Shown here: positions 29,991-40,696 of the stretch, one piece after another
Layout: every line of letters begins with the position of its first letter
Position numbering within the stretch: position 1 is the stretch's first letter
DNA from: Pseudomonadota bacterium
Lineage (GTDB): Bacteria > Desulfobacterota > Desulfobacteria > Desulfobacterales > RPRI01
Assembly: GCA_043825875.1 (NCBI GenBank)
Contig: JBDRRF010000029.1
Location: forward strand, 1-51,131
DNA: 51,131 bases
Direction of reading: 5' to 3'
Program-made: the position numbers and the translations under genes
The notes under the pieces: generated by a model
Database searches by the model: none
What the model was told of the DNA's origin: nothing
The model's input: the letters and a program-made list of their open reading frames with translations, nothing else

Positions 29991-31020
29991 TTTTTATGGC
30001 ACCTGTTTGGTTTGCAAGATTTAGAAACGGTAAAAGATTCTTCTGATCGGCGTCTATTATGTATTTGTTTCCAAGTTTCGGGAGAAGATCCTGTAACATT
30101 TCAAGATACATCCTTCTTTGGGTTACATCCTTTGCTTTCACATATTCATTATAAAGCGCAACAAATCTTGAAGCATCGCCCTTTGCCCGGTTTACTCTGT
30201 CCAGAGCGTATCCTTCAGCTATCCTGATTGTCCTTTCGGCTTCACCTCTTGCTTTAGGCAATTCTTTATTATATTCTTCTTTTGCCTGATATATCAGTTT
30301 TTCTTTTTCCTGAACTGCCTGGTTGACTTCATTAAATGACTGTTGAACAGGCTCCGGCACATTTGTTTTTTCCATTTCAATTGTTGCAATGCTTATTCCT
30401 GCTTCGGATTTATCAAGTTCGGCCTGAAGAACTATCTTTGCTTCATCAGCTATTTCTTCCCGCTTGCTTATGACTTCATTTATACTTCTGTCTCCTATAA
30501 CAAGCCGCATTGCCGCTTCGGACATATCTGACAGCAGGGAATCAACATCTCTGATTTTAAATAAAAAATTATAAGGTTCTTTGATTCTGTAATGAACAAT
30601 CCAGGGGGCAAGAGCTACATTCAGATCTCCTGTAAGCATCAGGGATACATTTTCGTTTACAGTTTGAGAAGAATAAAGCTGTCTCCCCTCTGGTCTTGTT
30701 GAGCTGAAACCAAACTCCTTTTTATAAACGCGTTCTACTTTTACTTTGGTTACTTTTTCTATGCCGGCCGGCAATTTGAAATTAAGTCCGGAATGAGTCA
30801 TTTTTATATATTTTCCAAACCGCTGCACAATTCCTACCTCATCAACCCCTATTGTATAAAACATAGAAGAGCCAAGAAACAGAACAAAGATAACAAGGAT
30901 AATTATCGGAAGTCCGGGAATCTTTTTATCAGAAAACTTTTTGAAAAAGTTTTCCATTTGTGGCGGAATAGTTTGTTTACTTTCCTGCTGGTTCTTAAGT
31001 TTTTCCCAATCCCAACTCAT
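29980..31020 (-). CDS. hflK: FtsH modulator HflK
   Basis: MSW start, TM, 'MLTGDLN', 'PKARGEA', 'VTQRRMYLE'. Confidence 0.95.
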   Translation of the reverse strand: MSWDWEKLKNQQESKQTIPPQMENFFKKFSDKKIPGLPIIILVIFVLFLGSSMFYTIGVDEVGIVQRFGKYIKMTHSGLNFKLPAGIEKVTKVKVERVYKKEFGFSSTRPEGRQLYSSQTVNENVSLMLTGDLNVALAPWIVHYRIKEPYNFLFKIRDVDSLLSDMSEAAMRLVIGDRSINEVISKREEIADEAKIVLQAELDKSEAGISIATIEMEKTNVPEPVQQSFNEVNQAVQEKEKLIYQAKEEYNKELPKARGEAERTIRIAEGYALDRVNRAKGDASRFVALYNEYVKAKDVTQRRMYLEMLQDLLPKLGNKYIIDADQKNLLPFLNLANQTGAIKNEN

Positions 31021-31048
31021 AGTTATAATTCCTTAAATAGTTATTAAT

Positions 31049-32221
31049 TCAGATCTTGTTCTTTTTATATAAAGGCGACATTTCTCTTAATATAGCAACA
31101 ACTTTTTTCAATACATCGACAAAACGATCGATCTCAGCTTCTGTGGTATCTTTCCCAAAGGTTATTATGAGGGTTCCTTGTGCATCCGCATAGTCCATAT
31201 CAATTGAAAGAAGAACGTGTGAGGCTCTAAGAGAACCTGATGCACAGGCGGATCGGGTGGACACTGCTATTTTTTCTTCATCAAGCATAAGGACTATGCT
31301 CTCTCCCTCAATATATTTTACACAAAGCGATACAAGATTGGGAAGAGAAAGTTCAGAGTGTCCATTAATAATGATATCATCAATATTTTTCTTCAACCCG
31401 GTTATAAGCTTATTTTTGAGCTTTTTCATATGGGCCAATCTGGACTGCATATCCCGGTTAGCAATTTCTGCTGCTACCCCCATACCTATTATGCCTATTA
31501 AATTCTCCGTACCGGCTCTTCTGCCGTCTTCCTGGCCGCCCCCATCAATCAGAGGAAAGAGGCTTACGCCTTTTCGTATATATAGTCCTCCGACTCCGGA
31601 AGGGCCGTTGAATTGATTAGCGGCAAAACTTATAAGATCTATTCCTAATTCCTGAACATCAATTGGTATTACTCCAACCGAGGCCACACAATCAGAATGA
31701 AAAAGCACATTATTTTCTTGTGCAATACGGGCTATTTCCTTTATCGGCTGAATTGTGCCAATCTCATTATTTCCATGCATTATTGATATCAGTATGGTCT
31801 GATCGGTTATAGCCTTTTGTACATTCGCCGGATCAACAACACCATTTTTGTCAACTTCAACGGAGGTTACCGTGTAACCTAATTTTGTTAATCTGCGCAG
31901 GGATTTTAATACAGAATTATGTTCTATATTTGATGTTATGATATGTTTCCCCTTTTTTGCATGTGCAAAAGCCACACCTTTTATGGCATGATTAATTGAC
32001 TCTGTTCCGGATGAAGTAAAGACTATATTATCAGGAGAAGGGCTGTTTATTAAGAGTGCAACATTTTCACGAGCCTTATCAATGGCATCTCTGGCTTCGT
32101 CCCCAAAGCTGTGGGTGCTTGAAGGATTGCCATAGTCCTTTTTAATTGCTTCTATCATGGCTTCTTTAACTTCAGGCGAAAGAGGGTTGGCAGATATATA
32201 ATCAAGATTTGTTACCTTCAT
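31049..32221 (-). CDS. iscS: IscS/NifS-family cysteine desulfurase-like protein lacking the PLP lysine
   Basis: GNPSS, FTSSGTES, IEHNSV, NNEIGTIQP, RAGTEN and SAC (Cys326) are present, but SxHK reads AANQ (Gln203). Confidence 0.9.
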   Translation of the reverse strand: MKVTNLDYISANPLSPEVKEAMIEAIKKDYGNPSSTHSFGDEARDAIDKARENVALLINSPSPDNIVFTSSGTESINHAIKGVAFAHAKKGKHIITSNIEHNSVLKSLRRLTKLGYTVTSVEVDKNGVVDPANVQKAITDQTILISIMHGNNEIGTIQPIKEIARIAQENNVLFHSDCVASVGVIPIDVQELGIDLISFAANQFNGPSGVGGLYIRKGVSLFPLIDGGGQEDGRRAGTENLIGIIGMGVAAEIANRDMQSRLAHMKKLKNKLITGLKKNIDDIIINGHSELSLPNLVSLCVKYIEGESIVLMLDEEKIAVSTRSACASGSLRASHVLLSIDMDYADAQGTLIITFGKDTTEAEIDRFVDVLKKVVAILREMSPLYKKNKI

Positions 32222-32243
32222 CTATTATGCTCCTTACAAAATA

Positions 32244-32756
32244 TTAATGAATATCGCTTATTTCTCGTCCGCAATTATCGCAAAACTCATGTTTGGGATC
32301 AATCTCGCCACTGCAATACGGGCATTTGCATTCTTCGCCTTCTTCATGTGTATGAACATCTTCCATCGGCAGCTTAACTCTTACTTTTCCGGCTTTTCTG
32401 TCTTCATAATCTTTTATGGCGAGTTGGAGGGCATCTGCGCCAAGGTTTGAACAGTGGAGCTTATTTTTAGGAAGGCCTTGAAGTGCCTCAGCTACAGACT
32501 TATTTGTTATTTTTTTTGCTTCTTCTATGGTTTTACCTTTGGCCATTTCTGTCAGCATGCTGGAAACGGCAATTGCAGCTCCGCATCCAAATGTCTGAAA
32601 ACTTATATCTTCGATTATATCATCTTTAACCTTGATATATATATTCATCATATCGCCACAGACAGGATTGCCTATTTCTCCCACTCCATCCGGATCTTTC
32701 ATTTCTCCTACATTTCTAGGTTTTTTGAAGTGATCCATCACTGTTTCTGTGTACAT
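32244..32756 (-). CDS. iscU: Fe-S scaffold IscU/NifU-N with C-terminal zinc ribbon
   Basis: GNPVCGD, FGCGAAIA, KLHCSNL; extra tail CKCPYC...FCDNCG. Confidence 0.93.
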   Translation of the reverse strand: MYTETVMDHFKKPRNVGEMKDPDGVGEIGNPVCGDMMNIYIKVKDDIIEDISFQTFGCGAAIAVSSMLTEMAKGKTIEEAKKITNKSVAEALQGLPKNKLHCSNLGADALQLAIKDYEDRKAGKVRVKLPMEDVHTHEEGEECKCPYCSGEIDPKHEFCDNCGREISDIH

Positions 32757-33191
32757 ATCTCACCCCTCTTTGTTTTATATATTATTTGTATAAATTTATT
32801 ATGTTATTTAAAAAAGCGCCATTAAAGCTATTAGGCCGGAATGACAAAAAAATGTTTTCCTGTTTTTTGTAAATCTATTAAATTATTGATTTAAGCTTTT
32901 AGTAAAATTGAATGTTATAAATGATTGCAGTATGTTATATTCCACATCAGCAGATTATATTATACCAATTGCGATTTTTTAAAAGGGCAAAGAGACTCTT
33001 TGTGTCTTAATAGGTGCTATTTTCTAAACCCACAAACACTAACTTTACTGAAACTTTATAAAAAATATATATGATACCGGGGAAAGTCAATAGCTTTATT
33101 GTGGTATTTTCCGGTCTGCAAGAAATCGGGTTATTGTCCGGCTCCAATAATAGTAATGTTCATATAATTATCCTCTTAACTGTTTCAGTGC

Positions 33192-34592
33192 TTAAGTGCA
33201 TACGTATGGAAGAAAAGCTATTACCCGCGTCCATTCACCCTGTACGCTCTCCATTTTTACATTTCCGCCATGAAGCTCTATTATACGCTTAACTATAGCC
33301 AGTCCCAGTCCTGATCCACCGTATCTGGCAGACCTGGACTTTTCCACCCGGTAAAATTGTTCGAATACCTTTCCTGTTTCATTTGAAGCTATTCCGAAAC
33401 CTGTATTGGCAAATGTAATTATCACTCCATCCAAAGATTGCTCACCTTCCACAGTGATTTTACCATCTTCAATATTGTACTTAATGGCATTATCAAAAAT
33501 ATTTGAGAAAGCTCTGTTCAGTTTATTGGCATCTCCGCTGACAATAAGTTTGTCAGGGAACCTGAAATCCATTTTGATATTTTGCTCGTCTGTCAAAAAT
33601 CGATAATCGGATGCAAGGGATAATATCAAATCTTTTAAGTTCACTTCTTCCGGTTTGATACGGTCCAACATTTCCAGAGATGAAAGGCTTAATAGGTTTT
33701 TAACCAGCTGTTCCATTCTCAAAACCTGATTGTTTAACTGTAAAAGATTATCCTCCAATAAAGTGGGTAGATTTTCTCTGTTTGTGGAACAAATTTCATC
33801 TACTGCCAGCCTCATCGTCGATAGCGGTGTTTTCATTTCATGAGACGTATCAAACAGTAAATTTCTTTGTCTTGCAAATGAATATTGCAGCCTGTCAAGC
33901 ATCAGGTTAATAGTGTTTGCAAGTTCATTGAATTCGTCATTTTCGGGACCTACAGGAATTCTTTTATCAAGATTCTTTTCACTTATATTATGTGTTAAAT
34001 CTCTCATGGCTTCAATCGGTTTTAATATCTTTCCTGCAACAAAATAGCTGATTACAATTAAAACAAGGCTGGAAAAAACAAGTCCTGCAACAAGACCTAA
34101 AACCAATTCCCTGATTTCATCTTTAAGTTTTGACATAGAGCGGGCAATTTGTACTTTATACTCTATTCCTGAATAGCTAAATATGAAAGATCTTACACGG
34201 AAGGTTGTTTGCTTTCTTTTATGTTGTTCCAAAGAAATGTTTTCGGGCTGGTTTAAGGCGTTTAAAATAGCTTTGGAGCCGGGTTTAACCGAAGCAAGTT
34301 TTATAAGTTTTGCAAGCTTTGACTCATAAATTAATATTCCGGAATCTTGCTTATAAATATTTAACCAATAGGGATAACTTTCATAGCTTGGCGAACCTAC
34401 AGACGGCAATGCCGATTCTGATTGTCCCATAGAGATCATCAGGCTTGCCCTGTCTGCTTCTTCTCTCAGTTCTTTATCCAAAAGGGAAAAAGGCTGTTCT
34501 AAAAGCTCACAAAACACTACAATGGAAAACAACAAGCTTGTGATAAAACCGGTGCCCGCAACAAACAGTATTATCCTTTTTTTAACCGTCAT
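33192..34592 (-). CDS. Membrane sensor histidine kinase (HAMP-HisKA-HATPase)
   Basis: Two TMs, HAMP, SHEMKTPL, DNAIKY, GGSGLGLAIV. Confidence 0.93.
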   Translation of the reverse strand: MTVKKRIILFVAGTGFITSLLFSIVVFCELLEQPFSLLDKELREEADRASLMISMGQSESALPSVGSPSYESYPYWLNIYKQDSGILIYESKLAKLIKLASVKPGSKAILNALNQPENISLEQHKRKQTTFRVRSFIFSYSGIEYKVQIARSMSKLKDEIRELVLGLVAGLVFSSLVLIVISYFVAGKILKPIEAMRDLTHNISEKNLDKRIPVGPENDEFNELANTINLMLDRLQYSFARQRNLLFDTSHEMKTPLSTMRLAVDEICSTNRENLPTLLEDNLLQLNNQVLRMEQLVKNLLSLSSLEMLDRIKPEEVNLKDLILSLASDYRFLTDEQNIKMDFRFPDKLIVSGDANKLNRAFSNIFDNAIKYNIEDGKITVEGEQSLDGVIITFANTGFGIASNETGKVFEQFYRVEKSRSARYGGSGLGLAIVKRIIELHGGNVKMESVQGEWTRVIAFLPYVCT

Positions 34593-35260
34593 TCCTGTTG
34601 ATCCTTAATAATATAGCCAACGCCACGAATGGTTTGTATTATTGAGTCACCGATTTTATGCCGAAGATTTTTAATATGAACATCCATAAAATTTGACATG
34701 CTGAAAGGATCAAAATCATCTCCCCAAACATGTTCGGCCAGGCTGAATCTGGATACTACTCTGTTTTTGTTATAAAGAAGAAATTCTAAAATAGAAAATT
34801 CTCTGGGAGTCAGTTCAAGCAACTTTTTGTCTTTTGTTACATCCCGGTTAACGGTATCTAGTTTAAGATCATAAACCTGTAATACCGATTCAATCTGACC
34901 GCCTGATCGCCTGAAAAGGGCGCGGACACGCGCCATCAGTTCATCCGAAGAAAATGGTTTAGGAAGATAGTCATCTGCTCCAAGATCAAGCCCCTTGATC
35001 TTGTCCTCCACATCTCCTTTGGCTGTAAGCATCAGAACCGGAGTTTTGATTCCGGCTTTTCGAATCTCTTTCAATACAGTCAGGCCATCGACCTTAGGCA
35101 TCATGATATCCAAAATAATCAAATCGAAAGAGGTAGCGAACAACTTATCAAATGCATCTTCACCATCTGTTGCTGTTTCAACTGTATAGCGCTGACTCTC
35201 GAAAATTTGCTGTAATTGTTTAAGCAGCGAATTTTCATCATCGACAATCAATATTTTCAT
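34589..35260 (-). CDS. OmpR/PhoB-family response regulator
   Basis: ILDIMMP, MLTA, GADDYLPKPF, winged helix ending IQTIRGVGY; 4-nt overlap with the kinase gene. Confidence 0.95.
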   Translation of the reverse strand: MKILIVDDENSLLKQLQQIFESQRYTVETATDGEDAFDKLFATSFDLIILDIMMPKVDGLTVLKEIRKAGIKTPVLMLTAKGDVEDKIKGLDLGADDYLPKPFSSDELMARVRALFRRSGGQIESVLQVYDLKLDTVNRDVTKDKKLLELTPREFSILEFLLYNKNRVVSRFSLAEHVWGDDFDPFSMSNFMDVHIKNLRHKIGDSIIQTIRGVGYIIKDQQE

Positions 35261-35298
35261 GATGGTGAGCCTTATTAAAAGTTGAGGTTTATTTATAT

Positions 35299-36978
35299 TT
35301 AATAATGTCGGAAAACAAATCCGTTTAAGCCGTTATCATCTTGATAAACAGGTTCGGGGAGCCGATCTTTCCACTTGCGGATATGTTTGCTTTTCGATAC
35401 CAGCATTGTTTTGCCATGATTTTTATTGATCAAACTTACAGCTGATTTAATATCTATCAATCTATATGCAGAATCCGCATAACTTACTCCATAATCAAGT
35501 TCGCCGGCACCTTCAAGTAAGTATACATCACTTCGCTTCATATACCAGCAGACTGCCCCAACAGTACTTGAATCGGATAAAACCACAGATTCCTGCCCGA
35601 TATCCTGCTTGTTTCTTTCAAAAAGAGGACCTGGTGCCTTCTTTTCTACAGTCAAATCAGGTACAATAAAATGAGCTGAAAAAAACAGCAGGAGCGGAGC
35701 TATCCCGAAAAGCAAAACACTGGATCTGCTATTTTGGCTTTTTAAAGAAAAGCCACAAAATAAAATAAAAAAAACAAGACTGTTAACAGCCATTAGCATT
35801 TTCCATGGCTGGGTATAAGGATAGAAATCATGATAGCCGAAAAGTTGAATATAGATAAAAGCCAGAAGTATAAGCGAAAATAAAATACCGGCAGAAACGA
35901 CTCCGAATTTAAAAGATCTGTTTTTAACCTTTTCAGTCATATTCGAAAGGCCGAGCGCCATAAGAACGGCAAAAGGTGCAAAGCAGGGAAGAATATAAGT
36001 TATAAGCTTGCCTTTTGAAAGTGAAAAAAACAAAAAAGGTAGTACAAGCCAACAAATAGAAAACCTTACCAGCCGACTGCTTGCGCCAAGGGTTTTTATT
36101 TGCATTCTAATGCCGGCAACGGTTGCCGGAATTAAGAATGTCCATGGCAATAAAGCTGCCGGTGAAATAAGGCAGAAGAACCAGAATGATTTACTATGCT
36201 GGGCGTTATTGGCCATAAAACGCTGGATGTGCTCAGTCCAGACAAAATAGTGCCAGAAATCCGGTTCTCTTAAGTAGATAGCAATGCTCCATGGCAAAGA
36301 TACAAGCACTGCGAAAAGAAGAGGAAGCCAGCTCATGCGTAATATATCTTTATAACGTTTTTGCCAGACAAGATAAGGTGCTATTACCATTATGGGAAGG
36401 GCAAAGGCAAGAAATCCCTTGGTAAGAAATGCAAGCCCGCAAAATATTCCGGATAACAATAAAAATAGTTTTTCTCTTCCTGATTTAATATTTTCTTCAG
36501 AAGCAACAAAAAAAAAGGCTATGGAAGCTGTTAAAAAGAGAGCAAATATACTATCGAGGACAGCTGTATTACCCAGACCCAACACTTCAAAAGAAGTCAG
36601 AAAGACAAGTACTGCAAGAACAGTCGGTAAATAATTATTTTTATCTTCCTTACGAAAAACTCTAAATACAAGCAAATATATCAACAATGCTGAAAGTCCG
36701 ACTGCAAGCGCTGAAGGGAAACGAACAGCAAAATTGTTTTCTCCGAAAAGCATAATAGAGAATGCATGTGCCCAGTATCCTAAAACAGGTTTTTCAAAGT
36801 ATCTTAATCCGTTTAAATGGGGAACAACCCAGTCGCCTCCTGAAATCATCTCCCTGGCGATTTCGGCGTAGCGTGTTTCATCAGGAATTACCAAATCTCT
36901 GTATCCAAGCGGCAGTATGTAACATAAAATATATAAGGCTATAAGCGCTATCGTATATTTTTTTATTTGTTTATCCAT
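35299..36978 (-). CDS. arnT: L-Ara4N lipid A transferase ArnT (canonical)
   Basis: PDETRYAEIAREM..GDWVVP..GLRYFEKP, FLTKGF, EHIQRF..NAQH, KGKLITYILP. RBS AGGAG favours the ATG at 36978. Confidence 0.88.
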   Translation of the reverse strand: MDKQIKKYTIALIALYILCYILPLGYRDLVIPDETRYAEIAREMISGGDWVVPHLNGLRYFEKPVLGYWAHAFSIMLFGENNFAVRFPSALAVGLSALLIYLLVFRVFRKEDKNNYLPTVLAVLVFLTSFEVLGLGNTAVLDSIFALFLTASIAFFFVASEENIKSGREKLFLLLSGIFCGLAFLTKGFLAFALPIMVIAPYLVWQKRYKDILRMSWLPLLFAVLVSLPWSIAIYLREPDFWHYFVWTEHIQRFMANNAQHSKSFWFFCLISPAALLPWTFLIPATVAGIRMQIKTLGASSRLVRFSICWLVLPFLFFSLSKGKLITYILPCFAPFAVLMALGLSNMTEKVKNRSFKFGVVSAGILFSLILLAFIYIQLFGYHDFYPYTQPWKMLMAVNSLVFFILFCGFSLKSQNSRSSVLLFGIAPLLLFFSAHFIVPDLTVEKKAPGPLFERNKQDIGQESVVLSDSSTVGAVCWYMKRSDVYLLEGAGELDYGVSYADSAYRLIDIKSAVSLINKNHGKTMLVSKSKHIRKWKDRLPEPVYQDDNGLNGFVFRHY

Positions 36979-36985
36979 AAATTGG

Positions 36986-38680
36986 CTATTCTCCTGAACC
37001 GAGCAAGCAGGCGACAAATTGTTTCGAGTAGATTTTACCTTCTGCTATCTTATTGCATTTTTTTTCGTATAAAAGACTCTTAAGCTCTGTATTATCATCA
37101 AGACGAGAAACTAAAAGGCAAGGTTTTAAAATCATATTTAACTCTTCGGCAGTGTTAACAAAACGAATTGCAGATGGTTTACGGTTGCTGTACAGAGCAA
37201 ATTTTACGCCATCCCCGTCATTATTTATACCATAAATTACAAGCGGAAGTTTTGGGTCAACCTTCGATTCTGCTGCTTCTATAAAAGCCCGGCCGGATGC
37301 CATATGAGAAAATGCCGGGGTTACCATAAGATTTGATCCGGAAAGTCCTACGATGAGAAGAAGCAGTATTGAGGCAATCAAACTATATTTCTCTATTATT
37401 CGTCTTCTTATGAAAAACCACAAAAATATCCCTGTTGCCAACCAGATAAAAACGAATGCAAGAGGGACAAACACCAATTGTCTGTATAAACAGGAAAAAA
37501 CCAAACCAGCCAGCAATATTGCCAAAATTAAAGTGCTTATAATATTTTGTATGATATTTTTATAGAGTATGGAACCTTTAATTATAATATCATCTATTAA
37601 AGAAGCAAGAATGATAGCAGCCGCAGGATAGAGCGGTAAAAGGTATCGGGAATGTTTTGTGCTGGCAAGTGAGAAAACAGCAACTGTTCCTGCAAACCAT
37701 GTAATTGCTAAGCGGTTTGCCGAATGAGATGTTACCGTTTGGCGAAGCCGGTATAAGATGCCTTTTTCTGATTTTTTATTATCATATCGAAATAATCCCG
37801 GAATAATAAAAAGCCACCAGACACTTACGATTTCAAGCAGCTGTATAGGGTAATAAAAAATAGATTTATTGGCTTTACTTGTTATTCTGCCCGTGATCTG
37901 CATCTTTATAACATCATCAACCAGTTGTCTGCCTCCAGCATGGGAAACGATAAACAATTCAATTGCCATACAAAGCAGTCCAATAGAAGCCATAAACAAA
38001 ACAAAGGAAAATAAATGTTTCCAGCGTCTCTCCCAGAGAAGATATCCACCCCATGATATCCCCGGCAGAACTATTCCTATGAGGCCTTTGGTGAGAAAAG
38101 CAAATATCAGGAAAATTACTGCACTTATAGTATAAGTAATTTTTACCCTAAAATGTTGGCTATTATCTCTGAAATAAAGACAAAGAATGGCAGCAGTGAT
38201 ATTAAAAGCAAGCAGCATATCAATTGTAACACTGCCTGCTTCAAGCCAGAATTTAGGGATAGTGGCAAGTACTAATAGTGAAAGCCAGCCTGTACGTATA
38301 TTGATACTACGCCCAAAGAAAAATGTAAGTGCCAAAATACCGATAGCCGAAAGGGCGCTTGGAAGTACTGCGCTTAAGGTGGTAATATGACCCGAAGGAT
38401 TCGAAAAAAGGGTTTCAAGCCAGAAGTAAAGAGGCGGATAATCGGGATAAGGTTGTCCCAAAACTTTTGGTATCAGACTTATTCCGTCTTCAAGCATTTC
38501 ACGGGCCATAAGTGCATTACGGGTTTCAAGACCGTATATGTCCCGGAACGGCTGTGCCCAGGTATAGGCAATAAGAAAAATAAATAAAATACCTGCCAGC
38601 CTTAACCATGAATAATCTTTTCCCGGATTGTCGGAAATGTTAACCATATTGTAATGCTTCGCATCAACTATAGATGACAA
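36986..38680 (-). CDS. ArnT/PMT-family (GT-C) glycosyltransferase, divergent paralog
   Basis: GLETRNALMAREM, YPDYPPLYFW, FLTKGLIG, KHSRYLLPLYP; many TMs. Confidence 0.85.
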   Translation of the reverse strand: MSSIVDAKHYNMVNISDNPGKDYSWLRLAGILFIFLIAYTWAQPFRDIYGLETRNALMAREMLEDGISLIPKVLGQPYPDYPPLYFWLETLFSNPSGHITTLSAVLPSALSAIGILALTFFFGRSINIRTGWLSLLVLATIPKFWLEAGSVTIDMLLAFNITAAILCLYFRDNSQHFRVKITYTISAVIFLIFAFLTKGLIGIVLPGISWGGYLLWERRWKHLFSFVLFMASIGLLCMAIELFIVSHAGGRQLVDDVIKMQITGRITSKANKSIFYYPIQLLEIVSVWWLFIIPGLFRYDNKKSEKGILYRLRQTVTSHSANRLAITWFAGTVAVFSLASTKHSRYLLPLYPAAAIILASLIDDIIIKGSILYKNIIQNIISTLILAILLAGLVFSCLYRQLVFVPLAFVFIWLATGIFLWFFIRRRIIEKYSLIASILLLLIVGLSGSNLMVTPAFSHMASGRAFIEAAESKVDPKLPLVIYGINNDGDGVKFALYSNRKPSAIRFVNTAEELNMILKPCLLVSRLDDNTELKSLLYEKKCNKIAEGKIYSKQFVACLLGSGE

Positions 38681-38689
38681 GATATAAGA

Positions 38690-40681
38690 TCATTCTGATA
38701 TTCCCATTTCTTCCACCAGATCTCTTAAAAAGAAATCCAGAGTTTCTTCAACAGACTGAGAAAAAGGTACGACAGGCTCCCATCCAAGCAAAGCTTTTGC
38801 CTGACGTATGGAAGGACGCCTGTGTTCAACATCCTGGTAACCATTACCATAAAAAGTTTGAGCTTCGATTCTGCGGATACCTGCTAAAGGCGGAAAATGT
38901 TTTCTAAGTGGGTGAGAAGAAAATTTGTCTACAAGAATTTCTGCAAGCTCCGCCATGCTCTTTTCATTATCAGGGTTTCCTATATTAAAAATCCGGCCAT
39001 TGCTGTTATTATTTTTATCTTCTATAATTTTAAACAAACAATCGATACCATCTTTAACATCTGTAAAACACCGCTTCTGGCTGCCGCCGTCTACCAGGCG
39101 AATTGGTCTGCCTTCCACCAGATTTAGAATAAACTGGGTTATTACACGGGAACTGCCGATTCTGGCTGAGGCGAGAGAATCAAGCCTGGGGCCTAACCAG
39201 TTAAATGGGCGAATCAGAGTGAACTTCAAACCATTGGTTGCGCCATAGGCCCATATTACCCGATCAAGCATTTGTTTGCTGCATGAATATATCCACCGTT
39301 GTTTATGGATGGGACCAAGAACAAAATTTGAACTCTGCTCGTCAAATTCAGAATCCGTGCACATGCCATAAACTTCGGAAGTAGAAGGAAATATCAGCCT
39401 TTTTTTGTACTTGACACAGTATCGGACAATTCGCAGGTTTTCTTCAAAGTCGAGTTCAAATACCCGCAGAGGATTTCTTACATACTCTATAGGTGTCGCA
39501 ATAGCAACAAGAGGTAGTATAATATCACATTTGCGGACATGATATTCTATCCACTCTCTCATGATTCCTATATCGCCTTCCTTAAAGTGAAAGCCGGGCC
39601 TTTCAAGCAGCCGGTTTATAGCATTAGTTGAAAGATCCATACCATAAACATCGTAGCGGCCGCTATCAAGCAGCCGTTCACTCAGATGGTTGCCTATAAA
39701 ACCGTTTACTCCAAGGATAAGAACATTTTTTTTGCGTTGCTGTTCTAAAATTATTTCCACTTGACCGTTAAACTTCATACCTTTTGCCAGATTGAGTTCT
39801 TCGGCAAGTTGCCGGCCGCTCATATAGACTCCGTCTTCAGGTTGTCCAAACATCACTTCCACAGCATCATTACCGCAGGCAATTTTTAAAGGATTTGTGG
39901 AAAGCACTGTGCCCGGTGAAGCTTCTTCTGATATCTGAGCTATACTAACCTGCCAGAAAAAACATTTACGATTGCCTATATAAGAAAAGGCGCCCGGATA
40001 TGGTCGGGTTACTGCACGAACAAGGTTGCGGACATCGGAAGCTTTTTGTTCCCAGTTGATTTCACCATCTTCGGGTTTGCGTCCACCGAAATAGCTTGCC
40101 AGTAAATGATCCTGAGGGATACGATCAGCGCAATTTTGCCGGATTTTCGGCAACTGTTCATCCAGCAGGCCGGCAGATGCGATTTCAATTTTGTTAAACA
40201 AGGTTAGAGCTGTGTCATTATCATCAATGCCAACTCGTTTTTGGCCGACTATATCACCATCATCAGGTTGAGGTGTCATATAATGAAGTGTTACGCCGGT
40301 TTTTTTTTCGCCGTTTATAAGTACCCAGTTTACGGGGCAACGGCCACGATAAAGGGGGAGAAGCGATCCGTGCAGATTAAGAGCACCTAAAGGGATAAGA
40401 TCCAGAATCTTTTTGCTCACAAGGTTTCTGTAATAAAATGAGAAAAGAATATCCGGCTTCATTTCCTTTATTCTTTCCACCCATAATGGATGATTGATAT
40501 CATCCGGCGCATATACCGGGATATCGTTGGCTGCGGCAAGCTCTGCAACAGATTTGAACCATAGATTTTCGCCAGGATCATCTTCATGAGTAAAAATCGC
40601 GGTGATTTCGAAGCCATTTCTTAAAAGTGCTTCTATCCCTGCGCAACCGATATTGTGGTAAGCCAAAACAACTGCCTTCAT
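38690..40681 (-). CDS. arnA: Bifunctional UDP-L-Ara4N formyltransferase / UDP-GlcA decarboxylase
   Basis: FSFYYR and NLHGSLLP (formyltransferase); [23 protein letters not shown] (SDR). Confidence 0.97.
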   Translation of the reverse strand: MKAVVLAYHNIGCAGIEALLRNGFEITAIFTHEDDPGENLWFKSVAELAAANDIPVYAPDDINHPLWVERIKEMKPDILFSFYYRNLVSKKILDLIPLGALNLHGSLLPLYRGRCPVNWVLINGEKKTGVTLHYMTPQPDDGDIVGQKRVGIDDNDTALTLFNKIEIASAGLLDEQLPKIRQNCADRIPQDHLLASYFGGRKPEDGEINWEQKASDVRNLVRAVTRPYPGAFSYIGNRKCFFWQVSIAQISEEASPGTVLSTNPLKIACGNDAVEVMFGQPEDGVYMSGRQLAEELNLAKGMKFNGQVEIILEQQRKKNVLILGVNGFIGNHLSERLLDSGRYDVYGMDLSTNAINRLLERPGFHFKEGDIGIMREWIEYHVRKCDIILPLVAIATPIEYVRNPLRVFELDFEENLRIVRYCVKYKKRLIFPSTSEVYGMCTDSEFDEQSSNFVLGPIHKQRWIYSCSKQMLDRVIWAYGATNGLKFTLIRPFNWLGPRLDSLASARIGSSRVITQFILNLVEGRPIRLVDGGSQKRCFTDVKDGIDCLFKIIEDKNNNSNGRIFNIGNPDNEKSMAELAEILVDKFSSHPLRKHFPPLAGIRRIEAQTFYGNGYQDVEHRRPSIRQAKALLGWEPVVPFSQSVEETLDFFLRDLVEEMGISE

Positions 40682-40696
40682 TCCGGAGTCCTTTCT

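Noticed and set aside
31049..32221. iscS as a decaying pseudogene
   Set aside because: The frame is full length, an RBS is present, and the substitutions concentrate on the PLP site while other motifs are retained, which fits functional divergence better.
33071..33292. 73-aa plus-strand ORF
   Set aside because: It overlaps the kinase 3' end in antisense, has no RBS and has no recognisable features.
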